Made by a program: the position numbers and the translations under genes. DNA of 64,000 bases, taken from assembly GCA_045837725.1 (NCBI GenBank), contig JBEWZL010000109.1, positions 248,001 through 312,000 on the forward strand. Reading direction: 5' to 3'. The stretch comes from Vermamoeba vermiformis. Taxonomy: Eukaryota. The notes under the pieces were generated by a model. The model was not told where the DNA came from, ran no database searches, and saw nothing but the letters and a program-made list of their open reading frames with translations. Shown one piece after another: positions 63,601 through 64,000 of this stretch. Every line of letters starts with the position of its first letter. Positions within the stretch are counted from its first letter, which is position 1.

Positions 63601-64000
63601 ACAGACTCTGACGGCGAGGCAACCGTTAACTTCACATTGAGCGAGAGCATCACTTCGTTCAGATTCATGGTCGATGCGTTCAATCGCAACAACGGCTTTG
63701 GTGTCAGTGACTTTTTGATCGAGTCAAAGGAACCTTTCAGCTCCGATGCTCGTGTGCCTATTGAAGTCACCGAGACTGACGAGATGTTGCTGCCCATCTT
63801 GCTCGTCAACAACACCAAGAAGAAGTTTAGCGACGCCAAGGTGTCCATTGACGTTGGCTCGCAGCTGAAAGTTGACTCGAAGAAGGCTTCAGAGTTCAAG
63901 GCAATTAAGATTCAGGGCAATGAGAGGGGTAAGATTGAACCGTTAGTAATTCTCGTAGAATTCAGGCTAATGTATTGTTGTAGTCCGAAAGTTGCTGAAG
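60688..64000 (+). CDS. Alpha-2-macroglobulin/thioester-protein family member, 5' part only (runs off the window)
   Basis: MG2 VHISTDRPIY....VLIRG; AKRTFEVREF.APK; VNFYPESG.L; ILGVTVTDDAIL; AIDLLLGTQGWRRF; Ser/Pro-rich bait-like region; VRTDFSKTLFW....TDSDGEATVNFTLSESITSFRF. Confidence 0.88.

Overview
Gene-dense eukaryotic genomic DNA with many short (mostly 45-100 nt) spliceosomal introns and the standard genetic code. Gene content and intron style suggest an amoebozoan or similar free-living protist (inference). The supplied ORF track mostly shows exon fragments or antisense shadows, so I rebuilt about 26 spliced gene models by eye: UBX/FAF2, ZnT5/7-like zinc transporter, divergent RecQ, Cys-rich membrane protein, RPS9, alpha/beta hydrolase, LONRF, RPB9, LYST-like BEACH protein, small TM protein, F-box/LRR, RhoGAP, LSm10-like, FAHD1, two PX-C2-arrestin paralogues, rhodanese-methyltransferase, TRM11, Myb, myotubularin, RasGEF, RPS28, GrpE, an RRM protein, TMX3-like PDI and an alpha-2-macroglobulin-like gene. 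Most notable: (1) two divergent PX-C2-arrestin paralogues share a ~650 bp near-identical inverted repeat over the C2 domain, introns included, so inversion of the 5.9 kb between them would swap their promoter+PX halves; (2) a RecQ helicase with an N-terminal Cys/His finger, a DEAF motif II and a C-terminal chromodomain-like module; (3) a clean AT-AC U12-type intron in the RasGEF gene; (4) an LSm10-like gene; (5) a signal-peptide-less alpha-2-macroglobulin-like protein; (6) a GDCAG (Ser to Cys) hydrolase; (7) four +1 frameshifts, probably assembly errors, although one lies exactly on the Ty1 CUU-AGG-C heptamer. All family assignments come from recalled motifs, not database searches, and exon boundaries are manual predictions.
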